A stretch of 64,000 bases of DNA from Alphaproteobacteria bacterium (lineage in GTDB: Bacteria > Pseudomonadota > Alphaproteobacteria > Bin95): assembly GCA_963665325.3 (NCBI GenBank), contig OZ224045.1, forward strand, positions 1,280,001-1,344,000, written 5' to 3'. The notes beneath the pieces were generated by a model that was given only the letters and a program-made list of their open reading frames with translations, had not been told where the DNA came from and did no database searches. Below, one piece after another: positions 10,772-20,149 of this stretch. A program made the translations under genes and the position numbers. The number at the start of each line of letters is the position of its first letter. Positions within the stretch are counted from its first letter, which is position 1.

Positions 10772-11386
10772 ATGTCGCACAAGCTGTTCCGGCACTCCAA
10801 TCTCTCCAACGCCCGGGTTTGGGATTTTCTGAAGCAGGTCGACGCGGCCGAGGCGGAGGCGTGCCGGGCGGCGGGTTGCCCGCGCTGCGGCGGCGCGCTT
10901 CACAGCGCGAGCTACCCGCGCAAGCCGCACGGTCTGGCGGCGAATCTTCGGAACGACGTTCGGCGCTTCAGCCTGTGCTGTTCGGTGTGCCGACGCCGCG
11001 TGAAGCCGCCGTCGGTGCGTTTCTTCGGCAGGCGCTTTTACGTCGGGGCGCTGTTCCTTGTGGTGAGTGCGCTGGCTGTGGCCGGCGGCGCGCGGTTGCA
11101 GACGATCGCGCGGCGGTGCGGGGTTCCGGCCTCGACGCTGAAGCGCTGGCGGCGCTGGTGGCTGGAAGCCTTCCCGCTGACCCGGGAGTGGCAGGCGAGA
11201 CGGGGCGAGCTGGCGGCGCCGCCCGAAGAGGCGCCGCTGCGCCGGCTGCTGCGCATCATGCGGGGCCGTGGCTTCCGCTCGCGGCTGCTGCGGAGCCTGG
11301 TCTGGCTGATGCCGTGGACCGGCTTTTGCGCGCTCGGCGCAGGTCCGGCTTCGCCCGCAGAAAGCGTTTCTATGATGCACGGATAG
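10772..11386 (+). CDS. Zn-ribbon/HTH accessory protein of the transposon (DUF6431-like)
   Basis: CPRCGG and CCSVCRRR cysteine pairs, HTH-like STLKRWRRWW; lies directly upstream of the DDE gene. Confidence 0.65.
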   Translation: MSHKLFRHSNLSNARVWDFLKQVDAAEAEACRAAGCPRCGGALHSASYPRKPHGLAANLRNDVRRFSLCCSVCRRRVKPPSVRFFGRRFYVGALFLVVSALAVAGGARLQTIARRCGVPASTLKRWRRWWLEAFPLTREWQARRGELAAPPEEAPLRRLLRIMRGRGFRSRLLRSLVWLMPWTGFCALGAGPASPAESVSMMHG

Positions 11387-11434
11387 GGCACCGCATCATC
11401 GGCACCTCCACGAAGCAGCGAGGGGGATGCCGGA

Positions 11435-12910
11435 ATGAACAGCAACGACGGGAGCGAGCGTCGCGACCGGTGGGCGCGGTTGCGCTTCGCGGTGGTCGGG
11501 CCGCTTCTGGCCTCGCCGCCGCCGGCGGGGCGGCTGCACGCCGAGCTTGAGCGGCTTGCCGAACGCGAGTGGGATCACCCGTCCGGCAAGGGCCGGGTGC
11601 GCTTCGCGGTGTCCACGATCGAGCGCTGGTACTACCAGGCGCGGGCGGCGGACAACGATCCGGTGGGGGCGCTCAAGCGGCGCCCGCGCGCCGATGCCGG
11701 GCGCCCGCGCGCGATGTCGCCGACGCTGATCGAGGCGCTGCACGAGCAGTACCGGGCGCATCCGTCGTGGTCGGCGCAGCTTCATCACGAGAATCTGGCC
11801 GCGCGGGTCGAGGCCGATCCCGAGCTCGGCCCGATACCGTCCTACGCGACGCTGACCCGGGCGATGCGGGCTCGCGGGCTGGTACGCAAGCGCCGGCGCA
11901 AGTGGCATGAGAGCGAGGCCAGGCCGGCGGTCGAAGCCCGCGAGGTATTGAGCTACGAGGTCTCGCGCTCTCACGCCCTGTGGCACGCCGACATGCACAG
12001 CGCCAAGCGTCGCGTGCTGACCGCCTCGGGCGAGTGGAAGACGCCGATCCTGCTCGGCTTCCTCGACGACCACTCGCGCCTCGGCTGCCACCTTCAGTGG
12101 TACCTCGCCGAGACCGCCGAGGTGTTCGTCCACGGCCTTTGCCAGGCCTTCATGAAGCGCGGTCTGCCGAGGTCCCTGCTGACCGACAACGGCGCGGCGA
12201 TGACCGCGGGCGAGGTCGAGGAGGGGTTGCACCGGCTCGGCATCGCGGGGGTCACGACGCTCGCTTACAGCCCCCATCAGAACGGCAAGATCGAGTCGTT
12301 CTGGGGCACGGTCGAATCGCGCCTGATGGCTCAGCTCGAAGGCGTCGACGCGCTTACCTTGAAGATGCTCAACGACGCCACCATCGCCTGGCTGGAGCAG
12401 GACTATCACCGCCGCAAGCACCGCGAGCTCGGCATGACGCCGCATCAACGCCTGGCCGGGAGCGTCGACGCGTCGAGATCCTGCCCCGGCTCGGCCGAGC
12501 TCAAGGCGGCCTTCCGCATCACCAGGAAGCGCACGCTCAGGCGCTCGGACGGCACCGTCTCGGTCGAGGGCATCCGCTACCAGGTGCCACAGCCGTGGCG
12601 CCACCTGCGCGAGGCCTGGATCCGTTACGCGCGCTGGAACCTCGCCAGCGTCGATCTGATCGACGGTCGAGGCGGCGAGCGCCTGTGCACGCTGTACCCC
12701 CTCGACAAGCGCGGCAACGCCGATGGCGTGCGCCGTCCCGCCGGCCCCGGCGGCAACGATGGCAATGGCGGCGCGGGGACGGGGGAACTTCCGCCGCTGC
12801 TCAAGGGCATGCTCGACGCCCAGGCCGCAACCGGCCTGCCGCCGGCCTGGCTGCCCCATGACAAGACGCCCGGTCCGGGCGAGGACGAAGATCGGGGAGA
12901 TGCGCCATGA
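11435..12910 (+). CDS. DDE transposase/integrase (rve core, Mu/TnsB/IS481-like)
   Basis: LWHADMH, LLTDNGAAM and QNGKIES triad; Mu C-terminal-like RRSDGTVSVEGIRYQVP. Confidence 0.92.
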   Translation: MNSNDGSERRDRWARLRFAVVGPLLASPPPAGRLHAELERLAEREWDHPSGKGRVRFAVSTIERWYYQARAADNDPVGALKRRPRADAGRPRAMSPTLIEALHEQYRAHPSWSAQLHHENLAARVEADPELGPIPSYATLTRAMRARGLVRKRRRKWHESEARPAVEAREVLSYEVSRSHALWHADMHSAKRRVLTASGEWKTPILLGFLDDHSRLGCHLQWYLAETAEVFVHGLCQAFMKRGLPRSLLTDNGAAMTAGEVEEGLHRLGIAGVTTLAYSPHQNGKIESFWGTVESRLMAQLEGVDALTLKMLNDATIAWLEQDYHRRKHRELGMTPHQRLAGSVDASRSCPGSAELKAAFRITRKRTLRRSDGTVSVEGIRYQVPQPWRHLREAWIRYARWNLASVDLIDGRGGERLCTLYPLDKRGNADGVRRPAGPGGNDGNGGAGTGELPPLLKGMLDAQAATGLPPAWLPHDKTPGPGEDEDRGDAP

Positions 12911-13740
12911 ACCGGGAACTGCTCACCTTCTACGGGCTCAAGTGGAACCCCTTCGCCACCGACCTGCCGGTCGACAGTCTCATGGCGACGCCTGCCGTCG
13001 ACAGCTTCTGCCTCAGGATCGAGCGCCACCTGGTGCGCCAGGGCGGCTTCGCCTTGATCGCCGGCGAGCCCGGCGCCGGAAAGAGTGTGGCGTTGCGCCT
13101 GCTCGCCGACCGTCTCGGCCGCTGCGAGGGGCTCAGCATCGCCGCCATCACCCATCCCTCCTCCCGGCTGTCCGACTTCTACCGCGAGATCGGCGAGATG
13201 TTCGGCGTCGACCTGATGTACAACAACCGCTGGGCCAGCTTCAAAAGCCTGCGCGAGCGCTGGCTCGCCCATGTCGACGATACCCGCATGCGCCCCGTCG
13301 TGCTCGTCGACGAGGCCCAGGAGCTGCTGCCCTCGGTGTTCTCCGAGATCCGCCTGCTGGCTTCGACCGACTTCGACTCGCGCGCCATCCTCTCGGTCGT
13401 CCTCGCCGGCGACACGCGCCTGCTCGACAAGCTCCGCCAGCCCGATCTGCAGCCCATCGCCTCGCGCATCCGCCAGCGCCTGGTCATGACCAAGGCCGAG
13501 GCCGGCGACCTCGCGGCCCTGCTCGACCATCTGATCGAGCAGGCCGGCAATCCCGGCCTCATGACCGCGGGCCTCAAGGACACCCTGGTCGCCCATGCCG
13601 ACGGCAACCCGCGGGCGCTCACCGTCATGGCCGACGCCCTGCTCGCCGCCGCCGCCGAGAAGGAGCGCGAGGTCCTCGACGAGAAGCTCTTCATCGAGAC
13701 CCTGGGCGAACCCGCCAAGCCGAGGAGGGCGCGGCGGTGA
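12907..13740 (+). CDS. ExeA-like AAA+ ATPase (TnsC/MuB-like transposition helper)
   Basis: FYGLKWNPF, GEPGAGKS, VLVDEAQ, GNPR; ATGA overlap with the transposase. Confidence 0.88.
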   Translation: MNRELLTFYGLKWNPFATDLPVDSLMATPAVDSFCLRIERHLVRQGGFALIAGEPGAGKSVALRLLADRLGRCEGLSIAAITHPSSRLSDFYREIGEMFGVDLMYNNRWASFKSLRERWLAHVDDTRMRPVVLVDEAQELLPSVFSEIRLLASTDFDSRAILSVVLAGDTRLLDKLRQPDLQPIASRIRQRLVMTKAEAGDLAALLDHLIEQAGNPGLMTAGLKDTLVAHADGNPRALTVMADALLAAAAEKEREVLDEKLFIETLGEPAKPRRARR

Positions 13741-14735
13741 AGGGCTTCCCGACACGGGCGCCGGCGGAGCTCGAAGAGCGCCCCCAGGCGCGCCGCTGGA
13801 TGGTCGAGGCGTTGTGGTCCGAGCAGGGCGTCGGCATCGTCGGCGGCGAGCCCAAGTGCGGCAAATCCTTCCTCGCACTCGACATCGCCGTCGCGGTCGC
13901 CGCCGGCGTCCCCTGCCTGCGCCACTTCCGTCCCGCCGCAAGCGGCCCCGTGCTGCTGTTCGCCGCCGAGGACGCCGGCCATATCGTGCGCGCACGCCTC
14001 CAGGGCATCGCAAAGGCGGCAGGCACCGCGTTCGAGACCCTCGACATCGCCGTCATCGACGTGCCCACGCTGCGTCTCGACCATCGCGCCGATCGCCAGC
14101 GCCTGGTCGAGACGGTGGAGCGCGTCTCACCCCGCCTCGTCGTCCTCGACCCCCTCGTGCGCCTGCACGGCGTCGACGAAAATACCGTCGCCGAGGTCGC
14201 CCCCATGCTGGGCTTCCTGCGCGACATACAGCGCCGCTTCGAAACCGCCGTCCTCCTCGTCCATCACGCACGAAAGAGCGGCGGCTCCCGGCCCGGGCAG
14301 GCGCTGCGCGGCAGCAGCGAACTTCACGCCTGGGGCGATTCGAATCTGTACCTGCGCCGGCGAGACCGCCAGATCCTCATGACCGTCGAGCATCGCGACG
14401 CCCCTGGCCTCGAAGACCTCGAGATCGAACTCGCCGACGACGACGAGCGCCCCGCCCTGCGGTTGCGCGAGACGCCGGAAGACCAGGCGCCGGAGCCGGA
14501 TACCCCCGAACGGCGCATCCTGCAGGCCCTCGCCGACGCCGACGCGCCGCTCTCCCAGCGCCGGATCCGCGAGCGCGCGGCAACCCGGCCCGCAACCGTC
14601 GCCGAGGCGCTGCACAGGCTCGTCCGCGAAGGACGCGTCGAGCGCGCATCCGAAGGCGGATACCGCCTCGCCGCCCTCAACGGCAACGACCGCAGGGACA
14701 CGTTACCGAAAACCGTTACCGCCTCGAACCCCTAG
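13737..14735 (+). CDS. AAA_25 / RepA-helicase-like RecA-fold ATPase with C-terminal winged helix
   Basis: GGEPKCGKS, VVLDPL, LLVHHARK, LRGSSELHAWGDS; wHTH ERRILQALA...LVREGRV; GTGA overlap. Confidence 0.85.
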   Translation: MKGFPTRAPAELEERPQARRWMVEALWSEQGVGIVGGEPKCGKSFLALDIAVAVAAGVPCLRHFRPAASGPVLLFAAEDAGHIVRARLQGIAKAAGTAFETLDIAVIDVPTLRLDHRADRQRLVETVERVSPRLVVLDPLVRLHGVDENTVAEVAPMLGFLRDIQRRFETAVLLVHHARKSGGSRPGQALRGSSELHAWGDSNLYLRRRDRQILMTVEHRDAPGLEDLEIELADDDERPALRLRETPEDQAPEPDTPERRILQALADADAPLSQRRIRERAATRPATVAEALHRLVREGRVERASEGGYRLAALNGNDRRDTLPKTVTASNP

Positions 14736-14762
14736 GGAGAGAGGGTAACGGTAACGGGTAAC
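14702..14762. repeat. Inverted iteron-like hexamer array (GTTACC x2, GGTAAC x3) around CCCTAGGG
   Basis: GTTACC at 14702 and 14715; GGTAAC at 14744, 14750 and 14757. Confidence 0.65.
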
Positions 14763-15008
14763 ACCGCTCCCATTGTCACACTGCGTAAAGCGGCCGGCCC
14801 GTGGCCGGAAGCTTGCTTACGGCCATGGATGCACTCCGTCGGAGGGACGGCGGCGGGTCACCCGAAGGGCCGGAGCGCAGCGCAGGAGCCGCGAAGCGGC
14901 TTGACGCGCCGACGGCCGTCCGACACCCCCGCCGTCACGCCCGGCCCGACGCCTGAAAACCATCGAACAACGTGACCATCCCGCCATCAGATACCGAGAG
15001 CACACTCA

Positions 15009-15205
15009 TCGAGGCGGCCTGCGCCGAGGCGCTCGCCTGCGGCGCCTGCAGCGCCGACGTCGTGCTCAACATCCTCGCCCGGCAGCGCCAGCCGGCACCG
15101 CCGGCAATCATCCCGACGCCCGAGGGCCTGAAGCTCCGCCACCAGCCGGTGGCCGACTGTCAGCGCTACGACAGCCTGAGGGAGGCCGGTCATGGAGCGT
15201 CATGA
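15009..15205 (+). pseudogene. istA: IstA of element B, 3' part
   Basis: EAACAEAL...SADVVLNILAR...[12 protein letters not shown], a typical IstA C-terminus overlapping istB. Confidence 0.88.
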
Positions 15206-15920
15206 TGTGCTGGAGATGATGACCCAGCTGAAGCTCGCAGGCATGCGAGCCGCCTATGACGACATCCTCGCCGACGGGCTCAAGCGCCGTCATCCGGTGC
15301 AGCAGATCATCGGTACGCTGCTGCAGGTCGAGATCGCCGACAAGAGGGCACGCTCGATCAAGTACCAGATGGCGTCCGCCAAGCTGCCCACGGCCAAGGA
15401 ACTGGCCGACTTCGACTTCGCCGGCTCGCCGGTCAACGAGCCCCTGATCCAGGAGCTCGCCGGCGGCGGCTTCCTCGAGGGCCAGCGCAACATCGTCCTG
15501 GTCGGCGGCACCGGCACCGGCAAGACCCATCTCGCCGTCGCCGTCGCGCGCTCCTGCATCCGCAAGGGCGCCCGTGGCCGCTGCTACAACGTCGTCGACC
15601 TGGTGAACCACCTCGAGGCCGAACTCCGTGCCGGGCGCCAGGGCCGCACCGCAGACCAGCTCGTCCGACGCGACTTCGTCATCCTCGACGAACTCGGCTA
15701 CCTGCCCTTCGCCCAAGCCGGCGGACAGCTCCTCTTCCACCTCATGAGCCGGCTCTACGAGCGAACCTCGATCGTCATCACCACCAACCTCGCCTTCGGC
15801 GAGTGGCCGTCCGTCTTCGGCGATCCCAAGATGACCACGGCGTTGCTCGATCGTCTCACCCACCATTGCGAGATCATCGAGACCGGCAACGAGAGCTGGC
15901 GCTTCAAGAACCGCTCCTGA
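15192..15920 (+). CDS. istB: IstB ATPase of element B
   Basis: [32 protein letters not shown]. Confidence 0.95.
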   Translation: MERHDVLEMMTQLKLAGMRAAYDDILADGLKRRHPVQQIIGTLLQVEIADKRARSIKYQMASAKLPTAKELADFDFAGSPVNEPLIQELAGGGFLEGQRNIVLVGGTGTGKTHLAVAVARSCIRKGARGRCYNVVDLVNHLEAELRAGRQGRTADQLVRRDFVILDELGYLPFAQAGGQLLFHLMSRLYERTSIVITTNLAFGEWPSVFGDPKMTTALLDRLTHHCEIIETGNESWRFKNRS

Positions 15921-16253
15921 CCCGCCGCCGGCCTCCCCTGCGGCCCGGTTGCCCCGGTGGGTCAACAGGGACCCCCCACGCGGCTTCGCTCCGCGTAGCG
16001 TGAGACGCTACACGAAGCCGCGCGGGTCCCCCCTATTGACTACCGGGACAACCTCCACCGTGCCTCTCAGGGGGTCAATTTTGCACGCCGATAGGGGGTC
16101 ATTATTGAAAGCCGATTGACACCTCTCCGGCCACGGCGCGCGGGTTGGGCGCTGAAGAGGTGCGACCGGGTCAGTGCCGCCGCCGCCGTACATGGCAGGT
16201 AGCGTTTGAAGATCGCCACCAACCGCCACCCGCGCGATCCGCTTCATGTACAT

Positions 16254-16320
16254 GCAAGACTCGCTTCTGGCTAGCGGGCTGCTCCTTTGCCGGCCGGGAG
16301 TCGAACCCGCTGGACCGCGA
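16254..16320 (-). ncRNA. Possible group II intron domain I fragment
   Basis: Minus strand TCCAGCGGGTTCGACTCCCGGCCGGCAAAGGAGCAGCCCGCTAGCCAGAAGCGAGTCTTGC resembles bacterial group II intron 5' regions (recalled, not searched); no RT gene nearby. Confidence 0.4.
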
Positions 16321-16700
16321 GGTCGTGTCCCCAAGCGTGGTGTAGCTGACGGCTGGTTGCCACGATCTCCGGCAAGGCCGGTTTGATCAGCGCGCCACAG
16401 CAGGCAGACTGAGCAGGTGATCGTCGCTCATCTGGCTGATGGTTTCCAGGGTCATGTACCTGGCGCACTGACCGGCCCATTCGTCGTTCTGCTCGAGCTA
16501 GAGGGCGCCGACCAGACGGACGATCACGTCGTCGTTGAGGGAGATGCCGACCACGTCCGTACTGTGCTTGATCTCGCCGTTGAGACGCTCGATCAGATAC
16601 GTGCTGCGGAGCTTCGTCCGGTGCTCCTTGGGCAAGGTCGTGAAGGCCAGCAGGTCGGTCTCCGCGTCGTCCATTATGGCGGCGAGCTTGAAGATCTTCG
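16321..16700 (-). pseudogene. IS256-family transposase 3' remnant with right end
   Basis: KLAAIMDDAETDLLAF...IERLNGEIK...VRLVGAL*LEQNDEW...RYMTLETI with an internal stop; terminal CTACACCACGCTTGGGGACACGACC. Confidence 0.85.
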
Positions 16701-16999
16701 TGAAACATGTGACGGCCACGTGTTGTCGGGTGTTGCGGCTAATCTGTGGCGCTGACACAACTTATTGGAAACAAAGTAGTTTTGGACACAACGGGAAGTC
16801 CGAATGGTAGGATCCAGGGTTCCCACAGGAATTCCAATCCCCTCTGTTACCGACCATCTCATTACGCGCGCCATGGGCTCGGACGGCGACGACAATACTA
16901 TCGGCCGTCGGTAGCCGTTGGTCATACCGGCGCCTCTCCGTTCTTCGATCCGGCTCGACCTGCACCCGCAACCGCAATCGACCGGCAATTGCCGGACAA

Positions 17000-17061
17000 T
17001 CAGTCCTCGCGGGCCTCGACGACCACGCGCTTGCGGCCCCGTCGAACGATATAGCCACCCC
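17000..17061 (-). pseudogene. C-terminal fragment of a paralog of the 22045-22308 protein, cut by IS21 A2
   Basis: GGYIVRRGRKRVVVEARED* versus GGYVVRRGRGRVIVEARPD* at 22045-22308. Confidence 0.8.
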
Positions 17062-17171
17062 TGTTAACGGCGGCGGAATAATGCTCCACAGGAAGCGCCC
17101 GGTTGGTCGGGTCGCGGCGGCGCAAAATTGCGCCAGTGATGCCCCCTTGTCCGTTTGGTCGGGGGCGGGGG

Positions 17172-18674
17172 ATGTATGGGGTGGAGCTTTACGCAGCGGT
17201 ACGACTTGCGGTTGTCGAGGAGGGTCTGAGCCATCATGAGGCCGGTCGGCGGTTCGGGATCGACCGTCGCACGGTGAAGAAGATGCTGAGCTATTCGGCG
17301 CCGCCGGGCTATCGGCGCCGGAAGCCGGTGCGTCGTCCGAAGCTGGACGGGTTCACCGGGATCGTCGATGCGATCCTGGAGGGGGACCGGGCGCCGGACG
17401 TGCCGGTCAAGCAGCGGCACACGGCGCACCGGATTTTCGAACGGCTGCGTGACGAGCACGGGTTCACGGGCGGCTACACCATCGTGAAGGACTATGTGCG
17501 CTCGCGGCGGCAGTCGTCGCGCGAGGCCTTCGTGCCGCTGCATCATCCGCCGGGCCATGCGCAGGTCGACTTCGGCGAGGCGGTGGTCGAGGTCGGCGGG
17601 CGGCGCGAGAAGGTGGCTGTCTTCTGCCTGATCCTGCCGCATAGCGACCTGTGGTTCGTGAAGGCCTATCCGAAGGAGACGACGGAGGCGTTCCTGGACG
17701 GCCATGTCAGCGCCTTCGCCTTCCTCGGCGGGGTTCCGCTTTCGGTGCTTTACGACAACACGACCCTGGCAGTGGCGCGGATCCTGGGCGACGGCACGCG
17801 TCAGCGCACGCGGGCGTTCACGCCTCTGCAGTCGCACTACCTGTTCCGCGACCGCTTCGGTCGTCCCGGCAAGGGCAACGACAAGGGCAAGGTGGAGGCG
17901 CTGGTGAAGACGGCGCGGCGCAAGTTCATGGTGCCGATCCCAAAGGTGCCCGATCTGGATGTTCTGAACGAGCGGCTTCTGGCGCGCTGCCTGGAGCGTC
18001 TCGACGCGCTGCAGCAGAGCGCGCAGGCGGCGGCGTTGCTCGCCGATCTCGACACCCTGCGCGATCTTCCGGGCGCGCCCTTCGAGGCGTGCGAGCATGT
18101 GCCGGGCCGCGTGTCCTCGACGGCGCTGGTGCGCTACCGGTCGGTGGACTACTCGGCCCCGGCGGTGCACGCCCACAAGAAGGTGACGATCAAGGGCTAT
18201 GTCGACCGGGTCGAGATCGCGCTCGGCGCCGGGATCGTCGCCCGCCACCGGCGTTCCTATGTCCGCGGCGACGTCGTTTACGACCCGCTGCACTATCTCT
18301 CGCTGCTGGAGAAGAAGCCGGGGGCGCTGGACCAGGCGGCGCCGTTGCGCGGCTGGAAGCTCGATCCAGCCTTCGACGCGTTGCGCCGCCTGCTCGAGGC
18401 GCGCTTCGGGCCGCGCGGCAAGCGGGACTACATCCAGACCCTGCGCCTGCTGGAGGACTTTCCGGAGCGCCAGGTGACGGCCGCGGTGCGGGACGCGGTG
18501 GCGCGCCGGCTGGTCGGCTTCGATGCCGTCAAGCACCTGCTGCTGGCGCGCATCGAGAAGCGTCCGGCCCATCTCGACCTGACGCGCTACCCGCACCTGC
18601 CGCAGCCCCTCGTCGCCGCCACCCGGGCCGGCGACTATGCCTCCCTGCTGGCCGGAGGGGGCAGTCGTGGCTGA
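17172..18674 (+). CDS. istA: IS21 transposase IstA
   Basis: Identical translation to 4556-6058. Confidence 0.95.
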   Translation: MYGVELYAAVRLAVVEEGLSHHEAGRRFGIDRRTVKKMLSYSAPPGYRRRKPVRRPKLDGFTGIVDAILEGDRAPDVPVKQRHTAHRIFERLRDEHGFTGGYTIVKDYVRSRRQSSREAFVPLHHPPGHAQVDFGEAVVEVGGRREKVAVFCLILPHSDLWFVKAYPKETTEAFLDGHVSAFAFLGGVPLSVLYDNTTLAVARILGDGTRQRTRAFTPLQSHYLFRDRFGRPGKGNDKGKVEALVKTARRKFMVPIPKVPDLDVLNERLLARCLERLDALQQSAQAAALLADLDTLRDLPGAPFEACEHVPGRVSSTALVRYRSVDYSAPAVHAHKKVTIKGYVDRVEIALGAGIVARHRRSYVRGDVVYDPLHYLSLLEKKPGALDQAAPLRGWKLDPAFDALRRLLEARFGPRGKRDYIQTLRLLEDFPERQVTAAVRDAVARRLVGFDAVKHLLLARIEKRPAHLDLTRYPHLPQPLVAATRAGDYASLLAGGGSRG

Positions 18675-19431
18675 GGCGCCCCGCATCCTGCTCGAACACC
18701 ACCTGAAGAAGCTCAAGCTGCCGACCGTCCTGCGGGAATACGAGAAGCTGGCCCGCCAGTGCGCGGCCGAGGGGCTGGATCATGTGCAGTTCCTCGCCCG
18801 GCTGGTGGAGATGGAGACGATCGACCGCGAGCGCCGCCTGGTCGAGCGCCGCATCCGGCAGGCCAGGTTCCCGGTCGTCAAGCAGCTCGAGAGCTTCGAC
18901 TTCAAGGCCATCCCCAGCCTCAACAAGATGCTGGTGCTCGACCTCGCGCGCGGCGATTACATCGAGCGGCGCGAGAACGCGATCCTGCTCGGCCCGAGCG
19001 GTGTGGGGAAGACGCACATCGCTCTGGCCCTCGGCCTCGCCGCCTGCCAGAAGGGCCTCGCCGTGCGCTTCACCACCGCCTCCCAGCTGGTCCACGAGAT
19101 GATCGAGGCGCGCGACGAGAAGAGGCTGCTCCGCCTCCAGGACCAGCTCGCCAGGGTCAGTCTGCTGATCGTCGACGAACTCGGATACGTGCCCCTCTCG
19201 CAGAGCGGAAGCGAGCTGCTGTTCGACATCTTCAGCCGCCGCTACGAAAACGGCGCCACAATCGTCACCTCGAACCTGCCCTTCCAGGAATGGACCTCGG
19301 TCTTCGCCAGCGAGCGGCTCACCGGCGCGCTGCTCGACCGCATCACCCACCATGTCCACATCCTGGAGATGAACGGCGAAAGCTACAGGCTCAAGCAAAG
19401 CCGGTCGCGACGACGGCCCCCCTCCGAATAA
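18667..19431 (+). CDS. istB: IS21 helper ATPase IstB
   Basis: Identical translation to 6051-6815. Confidence 0.95.
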   Translation: MAEAPRILLEHHLKKLKLPTVLREYEKLARQCAAEGLDHVQFLARLVEMETIDRERRLVERRIRQARFPVVKQLESFDFKAIPSLNKMLVLDLARGDYIERRENAILLGPSGVGKTHIALALGLAACQKGLAVRFTTASQLVHEMIEARDEKRLLRLQDQLARVSLLIVDELGYVPLSQSGSELLFDIFSRRYENGATIVTSNLPFQEWTSVFASERLTGALLDRITHHVHILEMNGESYRLKQSRSRRRPPSE

Positions 19432-20149
19432 CCCGCTTGCTCCCATAGACCACAGGTCCCTCCCACGCGCGGGTCGACGCCAGCCACATGGAGGGCGCGC
19501 CGCCCCGCGCGCGGGGCCCTCCCATGGACTATGGGGACAAGCTACCGCCAAGCCCGTGGTACATCTTTACGCCGCCCCGCCGGTACATTTTTGCTCCGCC
19601 GTTGACAGAATTCGCGGCCGATGGAGTCGCAGAACATGAACGACTGTTACAATGACCTTCCGATCGGCGAAACCCGAGCCCTGCTCCGGCATTGAGATCG
19701 ACGCCCCCGCTCGGTTCGCCTGGCCGTCCGTGGGCATGGGCCGGGGCTGTCTCCGGGCAATCCGGAACTCGCAACGTGATCGACTTGGGCCCAACTCCCG
19801 TCGCATGGCGATTCGGGCCGCCCGTTCTGTGAACGACTTCCACCATTGGTGGGCCCCTGGGGCCGGACAGTTTCATGCAGCGGCTTTGACCGGCCTGCGG
19901 CGGGTCCATCGTTGGCGCCGGCTCCGCAGAATCAGGAAGGCAGCAGCAAGGGCGAGGAAGACGAGCAGTTCCATATCCCGGCCCGCGTAGCATGTCTCCC
20001 CCGACCGCCGGCACACGGCGGCGGCCTTTTGGACCCGCCCGGTCGGCTCCGCCGCGGGCGCTTCGCACGGGACCCCTGCCGCCGACCCGAGCCCTGCGGC
20101 CGGCTCCGGCGCAAGAGGCGCAATGGTTGCCGCGTACGGCGAGACCCCG

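Larger units (their letters stand above)
10625..15008 (+). mobile_element. Four-gene TG...CA transposon (4384 bp) with 4-bp TCGA target duplication
   Basis: TCGA|TGAGCGGGC...GCACACTCA|TCGA; removing the element and one TCGA restores istA in frame (GAG GCG GTC GAG GCG GCC = EAVEAA). Confidence 0.9.
9188..16121 (+). mobile_element. Second, distinct IS21-family element (B), interrupted by a nested transposon
   Basis: Left end TGTTGTTAAGCGTGGAAGATTGACCCCC and right end GGGGGTCATTATTGAAAGCCGATTGACA; both carry tandem TGACCCCC boxes, the first 20 bp from the terminus. Confidence 0.88.
17062..19607 (+). mobile_element. IS21-family insertion sequence, copy A2 (2546 bp)
   Basis: Same ends and identical ORF translations to copy A1, offset by 12616 bp. 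Confidence 0.95.

Noticed and set aside
10625-15008. CRISPR-associated or Tn7-type transposon
   Set aside because: TnsB-like and TnsC-like genes are present, but no TniQ/TnsD, TnsA, Cas gene or array is recognisable.
16290-16315. tRNA gene (GGTTCGACTCC T-loop-like motif on the minus strand)
   Set aside because: No acceptor stem, D arm or anticodon arm can be built; the context fits an intron-like fragment better.
19608-20149. Short ORFs after IS21-A2, and likewise at 8707-9187, 21410-22040 and 23880-24320
   Set aside because: No motifs, convincing RBS or coding-like composition; left unannotated.
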